This document shows positions 41,455 through 53,564 of a DNA stretch of 64,000 nucleotides, piece by piece. The first letter of the stretch is position 1; the number at the start of each line of letters is the position of its first letter. The position numbers were made by a program, and so were the translations under genes. The notes below the pieces were generated by a model that was given only the letters and a program-made list of their open reading frames with translations, was not told the DNA's origin and did no database searches. Source of the stretch: an uncultured Verrucomicrobiae bacterium (GTDB taxonomy: Bacteria; Verrucomicrobiota; Verrucomicrobiia; Chthoniobacterales; JAFAMB01); contig CAVXLD010000002.1 of the NCBI GenBank assembly GCA_963762565.1, positions 1-64,000 on the forward strand, read 5' to 3'.

Positions 41455-42690
41455 TCAATTGCTCAGCTTTAAAGATTCCAACAACCGCGGGTCCTTGGCT
41501 GGAAATAGGTACGCCTTGCCCAACGTTCTTAGGAAAATGAACGCGAGCGGGCAACCAATAGCAAAAACGCACAGAACATCGAGAGGATGGGTTGAAATCC
41601 GGTTGGATGAACGAACGGCATAATGGTGACGTACATATCCAGCAAATGCATGATCAGCACCCAAACCGAAATAGCGGCCAGGAATTTTGAGTTCCGCTTG
41701 GTGTATTCAAACAACAAATAAAGGAATGGGATAAAGAAACGTCCAACCACCAGTCGCGGTGCTGAGGGTATTCCAGGACTCGACATTCCGTCGAAGAAAC
41801 CACTCGGTCTCCTCGGGAATGTTGCCGTACCAAATCAACATGTATTGGGCGAACCCGATGTATCCCCAAAAGATCGAGAAGCAGAAAAGGAGCTTACCCA
41901 TGATGTGATAGTGCTCCTCGTTAACGAAACTGAGGTAACCCGCGTTCTTCAAGCCGAACACCACGAGAATAATCAGGGACATGCTCGCCCCCGCTGATCC
42001 GGCAAAAATATAAACTCCCCACATGGTAGAAGCCCAGCGATAATCCAGGGACTGCCATCCAGTCGAACGCCATCAAAGTCGTACACACCGCAAAAAGAAT
42101 GAGTCCGGGAAACGAAAAACCGCGCATCTGGATCGATCGCTTCGGATCGCCGTCGCCGTCCTGTTTGATCGAGGTGCGGCGGAAGTAAAACGCCGCTCCC
42201 ATGAAGTAGGCGAAGTAAAGCACGGCCCGAACCCAGAAGAATGGAACCTCGATCGGTCCAAGGTGCAGGTTGAAGTAAGATAATTTGTCTCTTAACCCCG
42301 GCTCCAGATGCGGTTTGTGGATGTCCGTAAGCCACTGCCAAAGGTCGTACCGCAGCAAAAAAATCGGGATAAAGAAAATCAGCATCCACGGAACCAAGGC
42401 CGCGAGATTTTCCATCTGCCGCCGTACGACAATGCCCCAGCCCGAGTCGGTCGCGTGATGCAATAAAATCCAGAACAGACAACCAATCAGGATGGTGAAG
42501 AAATAGAGGAAAGCGAATAACCAGGAAAATATGAATTGATGTCTTTCCTGGCTGCCCGCTGGAGCAAAAACCCGAGTAACAGCGCGCCGACCAACGAGAT
42601 GAGGCCCATCGCCAGCAAAGCGATCATAAACCGGGACATCCCCTTGGATTGGAATGTCTCCGGAGCTGGGACATGCGAATGATTACTCAT
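41455..42690 (-). CDS. actF: Alternative complex III subunit F; several frameshifts
   Basis: W...VRR..EN, AFDW, STMWGVY, FWGYI.F.QYMLIWYGNIPEET, DPRL.ES. Confidence 0.88.
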
Positions 42691-43381
42691 TTTTGAGCCT
42701 CCAAGGCGGCACGTTGACTCTTCTGGTACATCATTGATGGTGGCATTTTGGCTTCGTTGCAGAGCACGGATATAGGCAATAATCGCCCAACGATCCTTGA
42801 CGGTAACCTTGTCTCCATAAGCCATCATCGTGTTGTGACCGTGCGTGATGGTGTCAAAGATCTGGCCGTCGGCCATCTCTCGGTACTTATCCTGGTGATA
42901 GTTCGCGATGCTCAGAAGACCGTATTTCGAAGTGATCCCATTACCGATCCCGGTGGCGCCGTGACAGACCGCGCAGTCAATATTGAACACGTCATGGCCT
43001 CTCTGTAGCAGATCCGCTGTTACCTGGATCTGCTCCCGGCATTCCGGTCCCCCAATTTTCTCCCATCTTTCCCGTGTTATAATAATCGGTGCCGGCGCTG
43101 AACTCGCCAAACGGCGACATGATGTCATTGGGTACGCCGGAGTTTTGGAAGGGATGCCCTGGGATATCGTAACCCATAGGAATAGTCCCTCCGACTGGAT
43201 ACCTGGAGCCTGCGCCGTCAGCGAAAAAGTCGCTCGGTTTTTGGTATTTCACCTTCGACTGACGCTTCATATCGCTAAAGAACTCGATCGGAGGAGCAGC
43301 ATGCCTTTCGCCTCGAGTGCCGAGCAATCCGACGGTCACGACGCAAAGCAAGCCAAATCCAATCAGGAAATTCTTAATCAT
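42687..43381 (-). CDS. actE: ACIII monoheme cytochrome subunit E; frameshifts
   Basis: DMK.Q.K.K.Q, PV.GT, CAVCH, DRWAI.AYIRALQ. Confidence 0.9.
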
Positions 43382-43937
43382 TATCGTCGTAAATGAGCGT
43401 TGCTTCTTTCCCGCCGATCTCAGTGAGGAACTCCACCGTGCCGGTCTCGGAGAAACGGGGGTCAACCGCTTCGATCACCAGAAAGAAAGAGTCCCTGGTA
43501 ACACGCCTAAAGGAGGGATAGCCAAATAACGGATGATGAAACCGCGGTAACCGGTTCAGCACAAAAACACCGAAGAAGGCGGTGAAGGCGGAGAGCAAAA
43601 TGGTTAGCTCAAACATGACCGGGAAAAAAGCCGGAACCGTGAAAAAGTTCACCGGCTTTCCGTGAACAATCAGCGGGTAGAGAAATGATGATGGGATGAA
43701 CTCCAAGGCGACCGCGGTGGCAAACCCGGTAAAACCGCCACAAAAGATGATGTAACCGAGGTACGATCTACCCAACCCCATCGCCTTGTTCATTCCGTGG
43801 ATAGGAAATGGTGAGTGAACATCCCAAAACCGGAACCCTTTATCCCGGACTGTCTCGGCAGCGTGGTAGAGTTCGGCGGCCGACCCGAATTCTGCGATCG
43901 CGGCAAATGGTTCTTGTTTAAGAGCAGCTGCGGTCAT
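43374..43937 (-). CDS. actD: ACIII subunit D (DUF3341)
   Basis: SPFPIHG, GKP, P.MFELTIL. Confidence 0.93.
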   Translation of the reverse strand: MTAAALKQEPFAAIAEFGSAAELYHAAETVRDKGFRFWDVHSPFPIHGMNKAMGLGRSYLGYIIFCGGFTGFATAVALEFIPSSFLYPLIVHGKPVNFFTVPAFFPVMFELTILLSAFTAFFGVFVLNRLPRFHHPLFGYPSFRRVTRDSFFLVIEAVDPRFSETGTVEFLTEIGGKEATLIYDDND

Positions 43938-45382
43938 GCGCGTGCCTCCCCTAAATCTTCATCCGCAGTGTCTTGATGCGGCACTGGCGGTTCATAATGA
44001 GGATCCGCTTCCGGTAAGACTGATCTAACCTCAGACATCGCCACCATCGGCAAAAAGCGAATGAACAAGAGAAAGAGCGTAACGAAGATTCCGATTGTTC
44101 CGATAAAGGTCCAAATATCGACCCAGGTCGGGTAGTACGTGCCCCAGCTCGAAGGCAGGAAGTCGCGAGTCAACGAGATGACGAAGATGACGAACCGCTC
44201 GAACCACATCCCGCAGTTCACACACATGGCAACGAAAATAACTGTAATTACGTTACGCCTGAATGCGCGCACCCAGAACAGTTGGGGCATAATCACATTG
44301 CAGGTGAACATCGACCACGAGGCCCACCAGTAAGGGCCAAAGTAGCGGTTGATAAAAGCAAAGCGTTCAAATGGGTTTGCTCCGTAGTACGCCACGAAAA
44401 ACTCCATGCTATAGGCGTAACCGACAATCGACCCGGTCAGCAGGATGATCTTGCACATCACATCGATGTGATTCCAGGTGATTACATCATGCAGCTTGTA
44501 GATCGACCGAGCCGGCATCAAAAGGGTCAACACCATGGCGAAACCGCCGAAGATGGCGCCCGCAACGAAATAGGGCGGGAAAATCGTGGTGTGCCATCCC
44601 GGTAGGATTGACGTAGCGAAGTCGAAGGACACCGTTGAGTGGACCGAGAGCACTAGCGGCGTGGAAATACCGGCCAGGACCAGGTAAGCCATTTCGTAGT
44701 GCCGCCACTGGCGATTCCCTCCGCGCCAGCCGAGGGCCAATATCCCGTACACAACTTTTCCGACTTTACTCTTCGCTCGGTCCCGCAGGGTTGCCAGATC
44801 AGGTACCAGACCCAGAAACCAGAATAAGACCGAGACCGTGAAGTAGGTCGAGACCGCAAAGACGTCCCACATCAACGGGCTGCGGAAGTTGGGCCAGATC
44901 CAATTCGGAACAGGTACAGGGGCGAGAAACCAGGCCATCCAGATTCTGCCCACATGGATCCCAGGGAAAATAGCGGCGCACATGACCGCAAACAGCGTCA
45001 TTGCTTCGGCAGAGCGGTTGACTGCAGTCCGCCATTTCTGGCGAGTTAATAGGAGAATCGCGGAGATAAGGGTACCGGCGTGTCCAATGCCGATCCAGAA
45101 GACGAAGTTGGTAATCCCGAATGCCCAACCAACCGGAATATTGTTACCCCAGACGCCAACCCCGGTAAACAAGAGGTAAAAGATACAAAAGACACCGAAA
45201 GCGGCTATCGAGCCGGTAATGCCGATGGCGATAAACCACCAGAGCGGTGTCTTACTCTCGGGAACGCCCGCGATCAGATCGGTGATCCACGCCATCGAGC
45301 GGTTGTTTTCGACGTACGGTGGACGCGGCATGCGTTCCACAAAAGGAACCATCTTAGGGGCAGAGACCTGCGTTTCAGCCAT
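43934..45382 (-). CDS. actC: ACIII quinol-oxidising subunit C (NrfD family)
   Basis: [45 protein letters not shown]. Confidence 0.96.
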   Translation of the reverse strand: MAETQVSAPKMVPFVERMPRPPYVENNRSMAWITDLIAGVPESKTPLWWFIAIGITGSIAAFGVFCIFYLLFTGVGVWGNNIPVGWAFGITNFVFWIGIGHAGTLISAILLLTRQKWRTAVNRSAEAMTLFAVMCAAIFPGIHVGRIWMAWFLAPVPVPNWIWPNFRSPLMWDVFAVSTYFTVSVLFWFLGLVPDLATLRDRAKSKVGKVVYGILALGWRGGNRQWRHYEMAYLVLAGISTPLVLSVHSTVSFDFATSILPGWHTTIFPPYFVAGAIFGGFAMVLTLLMPARSIYKLHDVITWNHIDVMCKIILLTGSIVGYAYSMEFFVAYYGANPFERFAFINRYFGPYWWASWSMFTCNVIMPQLFWVRAFRRNVITVIFVAMCVNCGMWFERFVIFVISLTRDFLPSSWGTYYPTWVDIWTFIGTIGIFVTLFLLFIRFLPMVAMSEVRSVLPEADPHYEPPVPHQDTADEDLGEARA

Positions 45383-48300
45383 TATGCGTTTCCTCCGGTT
45401 GGTACGCTAGTTTGTGTTCGTTCCTGCTCGTTGTCTTCGTGTTCGGCGTTGATCTTCCCGACTTTGGCGGCTCCCGGCATCTTTGGATTCGGGTTGCGCA
45501 GCCTGGCGAGATAACCCGTGCGCGTCTGGATGTTAAGGTACTCGAGCAAATGGTATTCCTGCGGTAATTGGCGTTCCTTCGCGACCTGGCTCTCGGGATT
45601 TTTCATATCCCCAAAAACGATCGCTTCCGCTGGACAAGCCTCTTGGCAAGCGGTCCGCACGCTATCAGTCGGAAGCGATAGATCTCCGGTGACACCTGCC
45701 TTGATTCGTTGGGAAATCTTGGCGGTCTCAATCCGCTGGACGCAATAAGTGCATTTCTCCATGACGCCACGGCTGCGCACCGTGACATTCGGATTCTTCT
45801 GCAACTTGGAGATCTCATCCATTCCCCACTTCGCGAGCGGCCCAAGGATAAGTGTCTGCTTGCCTTGGAACCCAGGTAAACCCCATTCGAGCTTATCTGT
45901 TACCGAGCGATCGTTGTAATTGAAGAAATTGAACCGGCGGACCTTGAACGGGCAGTTGTTGGAGCAGTACCGGGTCCCGACACAGCGATTGTAGACCATC
46001 ACATTCAATCCCTCTTCGCTGTGAACCGTGGCGTTCACCGGGCAGACCGTTTCACAGGGCGCGCTTTCGCAATGCTGGCACATCATCGGCTCAACCACCA
46101 TCTCAGGGTCGTCGTCGAGGTGCGGATTATGCACATCCCCATCAGCACTGGAAAAATAGCGGTCGATCCGCATCCACTGCATCTCCCGGCCGCGTTCACA
46201 TTGATCCTTACCAACTATCGGGATGTTGTTCTCTGCCTGGCAAGCGATCACGCAAGCGGAACAGCCGATACAGGTATTCAGATCAACCACCATGGCCCAT
46301 TGATTGGGAGCGTTCAGTGGTGGATGCGAATAAAGCGAAATGTTCGGCGGGATCTCGGCATCCATCCACATCTTCTTGGCGAATGCCGGGTTCTTCTCAT
46401 AATCCTCGAGCGAGCCTTCCCGAACCAAGGCGCGACCCTCCATGCTATGATGGAGTTGAGTGCGAATCAGTTTATATCCATCGCTCTGCAGCAATTTGAT
46501 ACTTACACCCGTAGCGAAATAAAGGGCTGCAGTCGTGCGCAGTTTGTAAGCGTTAAACCCGCTGCCTTCACCGATCCGGCCTACCTTGTCTCGGCCATAG
46601 CCCAGCGTGAACGTTAGTGAATTATCTGCATGGCCGGGTGAGATCAGCACGGCCGCCTTAACTTTGCGATCTCCGACCGTGATCTCGACCAAGTCTCGCT
46701 CGGCTAGCCCAAGGGCTGTCGCCGTGACCGGACTAACCTGGACCCCGTTATCCCAGGTCAACTTGGTGATGGGGTCGGGCATTTCCATTAGCCAGGCGTT
46801 GTTGGTGTAACGCCCATCCTCAACTTTGTAGTCACCGGCAAAAACAATTTCCAAGGCGTTAGCACTGACCGGACCCGGAAGCGCGGTCGCTGTTCCCAAT
46901 AACCCGGAGACACTGCCGAAGTTAGGTTTTGCCGGGCTAGCCTGATAAGCCGTGTCGGCCGTATATCCGTGGCGCAATAACGCGGTCCACGCTTCTTCGA
47001 AATCGCCGGTACCGGCAAACGCTTTAAAGGTTTCCCGGACTGCTTCCAGTCCGCTCGGGATGGCCGCCAGTTTGGTCAACAGGTCCAGCTGCGACCAACC
47101 GCCAAACAGCGGTAAGATCATTGGTTGAACCGGCAGATAAGTCCCGGTGGGATCGCGTTGATCTCCCCATCCCTCCAGATAATGGGCCTCAGGAACGAAC
47201 CATCGGAGATTATCTGAGGTCTCGTTTTCCCAGTAACCAAGTTGGACGACCTCAGGTACCTGCTTCTGAACTTGCTCGGCCCACTGCAGATCCGCAGGTG
47301 CTGTATATGCCGGATTGCCAGCCAGAATGAACAACCGCTTTACGGTCCCGGCTTTAACATCCTTGGCTAGGTCTTCAATGGTGCCGCCTTTTATCTTCGG
47401 AGCGGTCAGCACCTGAATGGTAGAACCAAACGCCCCCAGCGCATTATTTATCGCATAGGCTAACGCTTGAATCGCAGCTGGGTATCGGTTGCCCAACAAC
47501 ACTAGGCTCTTGCCTTTGCGAGCCACCAGATCGTTGGCGCACTCGGTAACCCATTTTTCGTCAAAGGTGACCGTGGTTTTGAACTGGCCGGCCAGCGAGG
47601 TCAAATCTTGGTCGCCCGTCGCTGCCGCCACCTTGTTCGCGAGCGCAACCGCAAAAGAAGGAATATGGGCGGCAGGGCACCGTAATCGGTGATCCGCCAT
47701 TCCGCCGGTAATAGTGAACCGGTTCTCCACCGAATAGAGCCGGTTTACGGCTTCGGTCGAACCTCGAACCCGGCGGCGAGCACTAAAAGCTTTAATGTTA
47801 TCTAAGGTCTGCTCGAGGCCCAGGAAATCGGCATCGAGCGAAAGGATCACATCGGCGTTAGCCAAGTTCGCCCGTAGGGCAACGTCAGCGCCGAACAGCG
47901 CTTCAACCACCGGATTGATCTCGTCATTGCCGAGCGGTTCATCGTAATAGAACCGGGCTTGGGGAAAGTCTTGCTGCAACTTCTTAAGAGCCCGGTCGCG
48001 CGTCGGTGACCATTGTTCATCAAACAACAACGCAAAACCGGCCCCTCCGTTCTGCTGCAACTCATTGCGAACCTGTTTTAGATAGGCCTCAAACTTCTCA
48101 GCGGTGCTTTCAGCCCCCTTTTCGCGGAAGAAGCGGGCGCGATCCGGATCGTACAAGTTCAGGATCGACGCCTGGGCGAAAAGATCCGTCCCTCCGTTAT
48201 AACCTGGAACTAGAGGGTTACCTTCGAGCTTGGTAGGTCTTCCCTCGAAAGTGGTAGCAACCAATGGCATGCCGCCGAACCGGCGAGGCATCGAAGTGGT

Positions 48301-48594
48301 GTAAAGAAGGGCCTTACCCGGGATCAACCATTCAACACTTTTGGTGTAGGGAACAATGTAGGTCTCCGGACGCCGGCAGCCGCTGAGTCCAACCCCGGCC
48401 AGCGCCAGGGATGCTCCCATCAAACGCATGAAATTACGCCGGGAGACGCCGTCCATCTCCAGTTCGGCCGCTCCCTCGGGAAACTCGCGCTCCAGCCAAC
48501 TCTTGAACTCAGGAGTTTCTGCTAGCTCCTCGAGTCCACGCCAATAACGCCGGCCGGTCGCGGGTTCGGGGGGATGTTGAAAAATCCTCTTCAT
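45382..48594 (-). CDS. actB: ACIII subunit B (Tat; molybdopterin-like plus Fe-S domains)
   Basis: SRRNF Tat motif; [31 protein letters not shown] coupling with actA. Confidence 0.96.
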   Translation of the reverse strand: MKRIFQHPPEPATGRRYWRGLEELAETPEFKSWLEREFPEGAAELEMDGVSRRNFMRLMGASLALAGVGLSGCRRPETYIVPYTKSVEWLIPGKALLYTTSMPRRFGGMPLVATTFEGRPTKLEGNPLVPGYNGGTDLFAQASILNLYDPDRARFFREKGAESTAEKFEAYLKQVRNELQQNGGAGFALLFDEQWSPTRDRALKKLQQDFPQARFYYDEPLGNDEINPVVEALFGADVALRANLANADVILSLDADFLGLEQTLDNIKAFSARRRVRGSTEAVNRLYSVENRFTITGGMADHRLRCPAAHIPSFAVALANKVAAATGDQDLTSLAGQFKTTVTFDEKWVTECANDLVARKGKSLVLLGNRYPAAIQALAYAINNALGAFGSTIQVLTAPKIKGGTIEDLAKDVKAGTVKRLFILAGNPAYTAPADLQWAEQVQKQVPEVVQLGYWENETSDNLRWFVPEAHYLEGWGDQRDPTGTYLPVQPMILPLFGGWSQLDLLTKLAAIPSGLEAVRETFKAFAGTGDFEEAWTALLRHGYTADTAYQASPAKPNFGSVSGLLGTATALPGPVSANALEIVFAGDYKVEDGRYTNNAWLMEMPDPITKLTWDNGVQVSPVTATALGLAERDLVEITVGDRKVKAAVLISPGHADNSLTFTLGYGRDKVGRIGEGSGFNAYKLRTTAALYFATGVSIKLLQSDGYKLIRTQLHHSMEGRALVREGSLEDYEKNPAFAKKMWMDAEIPPNISLYSHPPLNAPNQWAMVVDLNTCIGCSACVIACQAENNIPIVGKDQCERGREMQWMRIDRYFSSADGDVHNPHLDDDPEMVVEPMMCQHCESAPCETVCPVNATVHSEEGLNVMVYNRCVGTRYCSNNCPFKVRRFNFFNYNDRSVTDKLEWGLPGFQGKQTLILGPLAKWGMDEISKLQKNPNVTVRSRGVMEKCTYCVQRIETAKISQRIKAGVTGDLSLPTDSVRTACQEACPAEAIVFGDMKNPESQVAKERQLPQEYHLLEYLNIQTRTGYLARLRNPNPKMPGAAKVGKINAEHEDNEQERTQTSVPTGGNA

Positions 48595-49247
48595 TATCGG
48601 TGACAACCGGCGCAGTTTTGCGGCGGGTTAATGTTCCACTGCTTCTTTAGCTCGGTTCCAATCTGTTCCTGCGTTTCGCCGTTGGAAGGTTTCCAGTCGA
48701 GATTGAACACCTGATTAACTGGGCGCAGGTTTTCTTCCGGATGCCGATGGCAGTTTAGGCACCAACCCATGCTCAACGGTTCATGCTGGTAGACCACATC
48801 CATGTGGTTCACGTCGCCGTGACAGCTGACGCAGCTGATCCCGCGATTAACGTGAACTGCATGGTTGAAATAGGCGAAATCAGGTATCTGATGGACCCGG
48901 ACCCAGTGCATCGGCTGCCCGGTTTCCCAGCTTTGTTTAACCGCCCATAGCTTGGGATTATCTTTCTGCACCTCAGAATGGCAATTCATGCAGGTTTGGG
49001 TAGTCGGTACGTTCGACGCTGAGGAAACTTGAACGTTGCTGTGGCAATACCGGCAATCCATGCCGAGCTCGTTCACATGGATCTCGTGAGGAAATGGCAC
49101 CGGCTGCACGGGCTGGTAGCCCTGGCGCATATACTCTGGGGTTAAATACCACCAGTAAGCGGCAGACGCTGCTCCTCCGACCACGAGGAGACAAAAGACG
49201 AGTTTAATTGCTAAATAATTTGTCCAGCGAGGGAAAAAGTTAGCCAT
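48594..49247 (-). CDS. actA: ACIII pentaheme cytochrome subunit A
   Basis: One TM and five CxxCH motifs. Confidence 0.96.
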   Translation of the reverse strand: MANFFPRWTNYLAIKLVFCLLVVGGAASAAYWWYLTPEYMRQGYQPVQPVPFPHEIHVNELGMDCRYCHSNVQVSSASNVPTTQTCMNCHSEVQKDNPKLWAVKQSWETGQPMHWVRVHQIPDFAYFNHAVHVNRGISCVSCHGDVNHMDVVYQHEPLSMGWCLNCHRHPEENLRPVNQVFNLDWKPSNGETQEQIGTELKKQWNINPPQNCAGCHR

Positions 49248-49735
49248 TCGACGGCAAGGGGGTTACCCGGATCCGCGCAAATGCATACAGCCTTGGGATC
49301 CGAATTGCAGCCTTGTTTTGGGGGTTAAAATTCTCGTTCTCAAACCGCACCGTCAGAGACCTGATGGCGGTTGAGAATATTGCGTCGAATCCATTAGGCA
49401 ACCAAATTTTCAACGCGTCCCTAACCCCGAGTTCTGGTCTGTTGACGACATATCCAGTAATTGACGAGCGAACGTTCCGTCAAATGAGAAAATGATTAAA
49501 TTGCAAATCGTTTTACACGCGAACTTTCACGAATTTCGGAAGTAGCGAAGGATAAAACTCAGAGAAAGAACGTTATGTCGGGATGGTGGATGGTGGGGCC
49601 AGGGATGCTGCGAAAGCGGGTGCGCCACTGCGTGAGAACGAATAAGATCCGCCTTCGCCAAGCCTACGTCGCGACAGGCTTTACAGGACATATGGGACCT
49701 ATATGTCTCGGTCGAGGCAACGCAGCCGGTGCCCA

Positions 49736-50080
49736 GCCCCTGAGAGTGAAATGTTATTAAGCACTAACATCGGCCTGTGGGTGCAAATAGGGGGAGGGCG
49801 CGCAGCCTGTCCGACGAAGCCTGTGGTCTTGAGGTTATTTGTTCTTTCGCTCGGCGAAGGCGGGTCCTTGCGCGCGCCGCGAGAAGTTACCACAACCCAA
49901 GGGCGTATTTGTGTCCGAAATCACAACCTGTCCCTTGGCTTCGGTCACAATCCGGCAGCTGCCGGACGAGGACGCGATCCCTGCCGGGCGATGGGCCTGC
50001 ACTCAATCTAAGAACGACGGGACGCCCCCACGAGCCAAACCCGCTGGGCTCTTGTGCGGGACCATTTCATGGCTATAGGC
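49736..50080. repeat. Composite REP element, family C copy 3
   Basis: Colinear blocks with 19096-19308 and 31411-31782. Confidence 0.85.
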
Positions 50081-50168
50081 AAAAGGCGGCCACCGGCTTC
50101 CCGGCGCCGCCTTCTAGATCCTAGATTCTAGCTCCTAGCTCCTTTTCGGGCGCCAGGAGGGCTCGTCC

Positions 50169-52310
50169 CTATTGTGAGCTTTCTTCCAAAGCCGATTCTG
50201 CTTCGGCATTCCGCTCTTTCATCGCGGCTTTACGGCTGAGTTTTACCCGGCCTTTTTCGTCGATGCCGATGCACTTTACCCAGACTAGGTCGCCGACCTT
50301 AACCACGTCTTCTACATTCTTGACCCGGAAATCGGCTAACTCAGAGATATGCACCAGACCGTCTTTACCGGGCAACACTTCAATAAATGCGCCGAACTCC
50401 TTGATGGAAACAACGCGGCCGTGATAGCTCTCGCCGACCTCGATTTCCTTCGTCATCCCGGAGATGATTTCCTTCGCGCGATTCAAGCTGTCGCGGCTCG
50501 ATGAATAGATGTGCACGGAGCCATCATCGTCGATGTTAATTTCAGCGCCGGTCTCCGCCACGATCCCCTTAATCGTCTTACCACCGGGTCCGATAAGAAG
50601 CCCGATTTTATCCGGATGGATCTTGATGGTCTCGATCCGGGGCGCGTATTGGCTGAGTTCTTTACGCGGAGCGTTGATTGCTTCGTGCATGACGTCGAGG
50701 ACTTTCATCCTGGCCTCACGAGCTTGGCGAATCGCTTCGGTCATGATGGCGTGCGAAACGCCCGGGAGTTTTAAATCGAGCTGGAAGCCGGTAATACCGT
50801 CTCTGGTACCACAAAGCTTAAAGTCCATATCGCCAAAATGATCTTCCGATCCAATGATATCGGTTAGCGTCGTGTAGCGTTTCAAATGCTCGGCTTCGTA
50901 TTCGGTCACTAATCCAACCGAAATCCCTGCCACCGGCTTGCGGATGGGAACGCCGGCATCCATAAGAGCCATCACGCCCGCGCAAACACTAGCCATTGAA
51001 GTCGAGCCGTTCGATTCCATCACTTCGCTGCTGATGCGAATGGCGTACGGGAAAACGGTCTCGCCAGGAATGACTGGCGCGATAGAACGTTCCGCCAATG
51101 CGCCGTGCCCAATCTCGCGACGGCTAGTGCTCCCGACTCTGCCCGTCTCTCCCACGCTGAAGGGCGGAAAGTTATAGTGCAAAATGAAACGTTTGCTGAG
51201 TTCGCCCCCCGTATAAGCATCAATCATTTGAGCTTCCTCAGACGAAGCCAGCGTAGCTAAAGCCATCGCCTGGGTTTCACCGCGCTGGAATAGAGCTGAA
51301 CCATGGGAGCGCGGCAGCAAACCAACCTCGGCGCTCAACGGGCGGATATCAAAGAAGCCTCGGCCATCACATCGAACCTTCTTATCCAGGATACTGATTC
51401 GGAATGCCTTTTTCTGTAGGTAGTCGAACGCTTGCGAGATCTCGAAAGGCGTCGCATCCGGGTATTTGGCCAGAATTGCCTGTTTTACCTCTTTGCTCAA
51501 CGCATCCACGGCTTTGCTCCGAGCGACTTTACCTGGCGTATAAAGAGCAGCCTCAATGCGGTCGCCTGCCACTTGATAAGCAATCTCCAGGAGATCATCC
51601 CGAACCGTTAGAAGCTCGGCGTTTCGCTTGGGTTTGCCCGCGCCGGCGGTCAACTCCTTTTGCATGGCGGTGATCTCGCTCACGAATCCTTGAGCAAATT
51701 CGAGGGCTTTGATGAATTCTTCTTCGCTTAACTCATCGGCAGAGCCTTCGATCATGACGACGTCGTTTTCATTGCCGACGTAAACGAGATCGAGGTCGCT
51801 GAGTTGCCGCTGGCTGTGAGTCGGATTGACGACCAGTTGTCCGTCCACTCGACCCACCCGGACGGCCCCGATTGGACCGGCGAAAGGGATATCTGAAACA
51901 CACAATGCCGCAGAGGCGCCATTGATGCTGAGAATATCAGGATCATTCTCGCCGTCCGCACTCAGCAACACGCTGATTACTTGGGTATCGTAAAAATATC
52001 CTTTCGGGAACAATGGCCGAAGCGGACGATCGGTCATCCTGGCGGTCAGCGTTTCCTTTTCTGTCGGGCGCCCTTCTCTCTTGAAATATCCCCCCGGGAA
52101 TTTACCGACCGCAGCCGCTTTTTCGCGATAATCAACGGTTAAAGGGAAGAAATCCTGGCCTTCCTTAACCGAGGTCGCGGAGACGGCAGCCACTAGAATC
52201 AATGTTTCGCCTGACCGAACCGTTACTGATCCGTCGGCTAATCTTGCTATTTTACCGGTCTCGATCGTGAGATCGCTAGATCCGATAGTTTTTGAGACTT
52301 TCGTTATCAT
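50169..52310 (-). CDS. pnp: Polyribonucleotide nucleotidyltransferase
   Basis: [24 protein letters not shown] and S1 domains. Confidence 0.98.
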   Translation of the reverse strand: MITKVSKTIGSSDLTIETGKIARLADGSVTVRSGETLILVAAVSATSVKEGQDFFPLTVDYREKAAAVGKFPGGYFKREGRPTEKETLTARMTDRPLRPLFPKGYFYDTQVISVLLSADGENDPDILSINGASAALCVSDIPFAGPIGAVRVGRVDGQLVVNPTHSQRQLSDLDLVYVGNENDVVMIEGSADELSEEEFIKALEFAQGFVSEITAMQKELTAGAGKPKRNAELLTVRDDLLEIAYQVAGDRIEAALYTPGKVARSKAVDALSKEVKQAILAKYPDATPFEISQAFDYLQKKAFRISILDKKVRCDGRGFFDIRPLSAEVGLLPRSHGSALFQRGETQAMALATLASSEEAQMIDAYTGGELSKRFILHYNFPPFSVGETGRVGSTSRREIGHGALAERSIAPVIPGETVFPYAIRISSEVMESNGSTSMASVCAGVMALMDAGVPIRKPVAGISVGLVTEYEAEHLKRYTTLTDIIGSEDHFGDMDFKLCGTRDGITGFQLDLKLPGVSHAIMTEAIRQAREARMKVLDVMHEAINAPRKELSQYAPRIETIKIHPDKIGLLIGPGGKTIKGIVAETGAEINIDDDGSVHIYSSSRDSLNRAKEIISGMTKEIEVGESYHGRVVSIKEFGAFIEVLPGKDGLVHISELADFRVKNVEDVVKVGDLVWVKCIGIDEKGRVKLSRKAAMKERNAEAESALEESSQ

Positions 52311-52547
52311 TTCGAAGTTGAACCTGCGAACGATCGCCTATCCGGGCCGTTGCTCGTAGGTCTGAATCCCGCGTTTTCCCGGGACTCAGACCTAAGATCA
52401 ACGCCAGTGTATAGGGACCATCGAAGGGTTTTGTTAAGATTACCCTCCGGCCATTGCCAGAAGGGTGCTTTCGGATGTCAAACCAAGAGACATCCATCCG
52501 TGGAAGCATGGCTCGGAAACTCCGCCCATGCGGTAAAATACCCCTTT

Positions 52548-52618
52548 TTTGAAAGTGAAAAAGAAAAGATCAGACAAGGCCTATAGCTCCTCGGAGCTTC
52601 TCTCCCATCGGCCTAGTC
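52548..52618 (-). terminator. Probable terminator after rpsO
   Basis: GACTAGGCC...GGCCTTGTC stem followed by a U-rich tract. Confidence 0.5.
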
Positions 52619-52630
52619 TCAACCGCGCCA

Positions 52631-52885
52631 TCACTTCCGAAGATTAAGCTTTTCGATCACGGACTTGTACCGGTCCTGCTGGGTGCGCTTCAAATAATCC
52701 AACAGACTTCTGCGAGTGGCGACCAGCTTCAATAGTCCGCGCCGGGAAGAGTGATCTTTGCGATAGACCTTCAAGTGATCGGTCAACTGATTGATCCGGC
52801 GGGTCAATAGCGCGACTTGGACGTCGGCGCTGCCGGTATCCTTATCGTGCAGCCGGAACGCGCTCAGATCAATATTATCACTCAT
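52631..52885 (-). CDS. rpsO: 30S ribosomal protein S15
   Basis: [24 protein letters not shown]. Confidence 0.97.
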   Translation of the reverse strand: MSDNIDLSAFRLHDKDTGSADVQVALLTRRINQLTDHLKVYRKDHSSRRGLLKLVATRRSLLDYLKRTQQDRYKSVIEKLNLRK

Positions 52886-53016
52886 GGCCATAATAATTAG
52901 GGAGTCAGGAAGATAAAAGATAAGTCTCCCTGTGCAAGCGCAATTTGCGAAATGGCGAATAGGCGAACCGGCGCAACGTCCGATAAACGCCGACAAAACG
53001 CGGATCAGCCCAACAC

Positions 53017-53246
53017 CGGTAGGGCGAAAAACTAGGCGCGCCGAGGGTATGAATTCAGCACCAGCCCCGTCGCCCCGGTTTTGAGCCGCGACCTCTGGTT
53101 CGCCACCTTTTGAAATCCAATGCGATCGGAGCGTCGGTTTCGCGGTGCATCCCCGGCAAACCACACGCACGGCACGGCTCAAAACCGGCGCGGATGCGTC
53201 ATAGAAGGAGTATTACCCTCGGCACGCCGAGTTTTTCGCCCTACCG
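53017..53246. repeat. REP-doublet family B
   Basis: CGGTAGGGCGAAAAACT.GGCG.GCCGAGGGTA ... TACCCTCGGCACGCC.AGTTTTTCGCCCTACCG, flanked by GGCGAA/TTCGCC heptamers. Confidence 0.85.
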
Positions 53247-53303
53247 AACGTCCCCATCGCCCGCTCGCCCATTCGCCGTTTCGCCCATTCGCCCTTTGCT
53301 TGA

Positions 53304-53564
53304 TCACGCCTTCTTCCCTTCGCTCCTTACCAGCTCGTCCGCCAAGTTCCCAAAATTCTGAACCACCAGGCTCTCGCCCAACTCATTGATATTGATCTCG
53401 ATACCCAGTTTTTCCTCGAGGTGCAGCACCAACTCCACCAATTCCAGGCTTTGTTGGATAACATCACCAGCGCGCAAGGTTTCCAAGCGGTCGACAGGGA
53501 CCGCCGGAAAGTGGGCAGTGACAAACTGTCTTATCGCATCAAGGACCGCTTGCCGATCAATCAT
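53304..53564 (-). CDS. Acyl carrier protein-like protein (QSL motif)
   Basis: 86 aa acidic; QQSLELVELVLHLEEKLGIEI; ATGA overlap with PKS. Confidence 0.8.
   Translation of the reverse strand: MIDRQAVLDAIRQFVTAHFPAVPVDRLETLRAGDVIQQSLELVELVLHLEEKLGIEININELGESLVVQNFGNLADELVRSEGKKA

Noticed and set aside
41455..43381. actE/actF as pseudogenes, programmed frameshifts, or an ActE-ActF fusion
   Set aside because: All motifs are present across frames and similar indels recur across the window; consensus error is simpler, though only reads can confirm it
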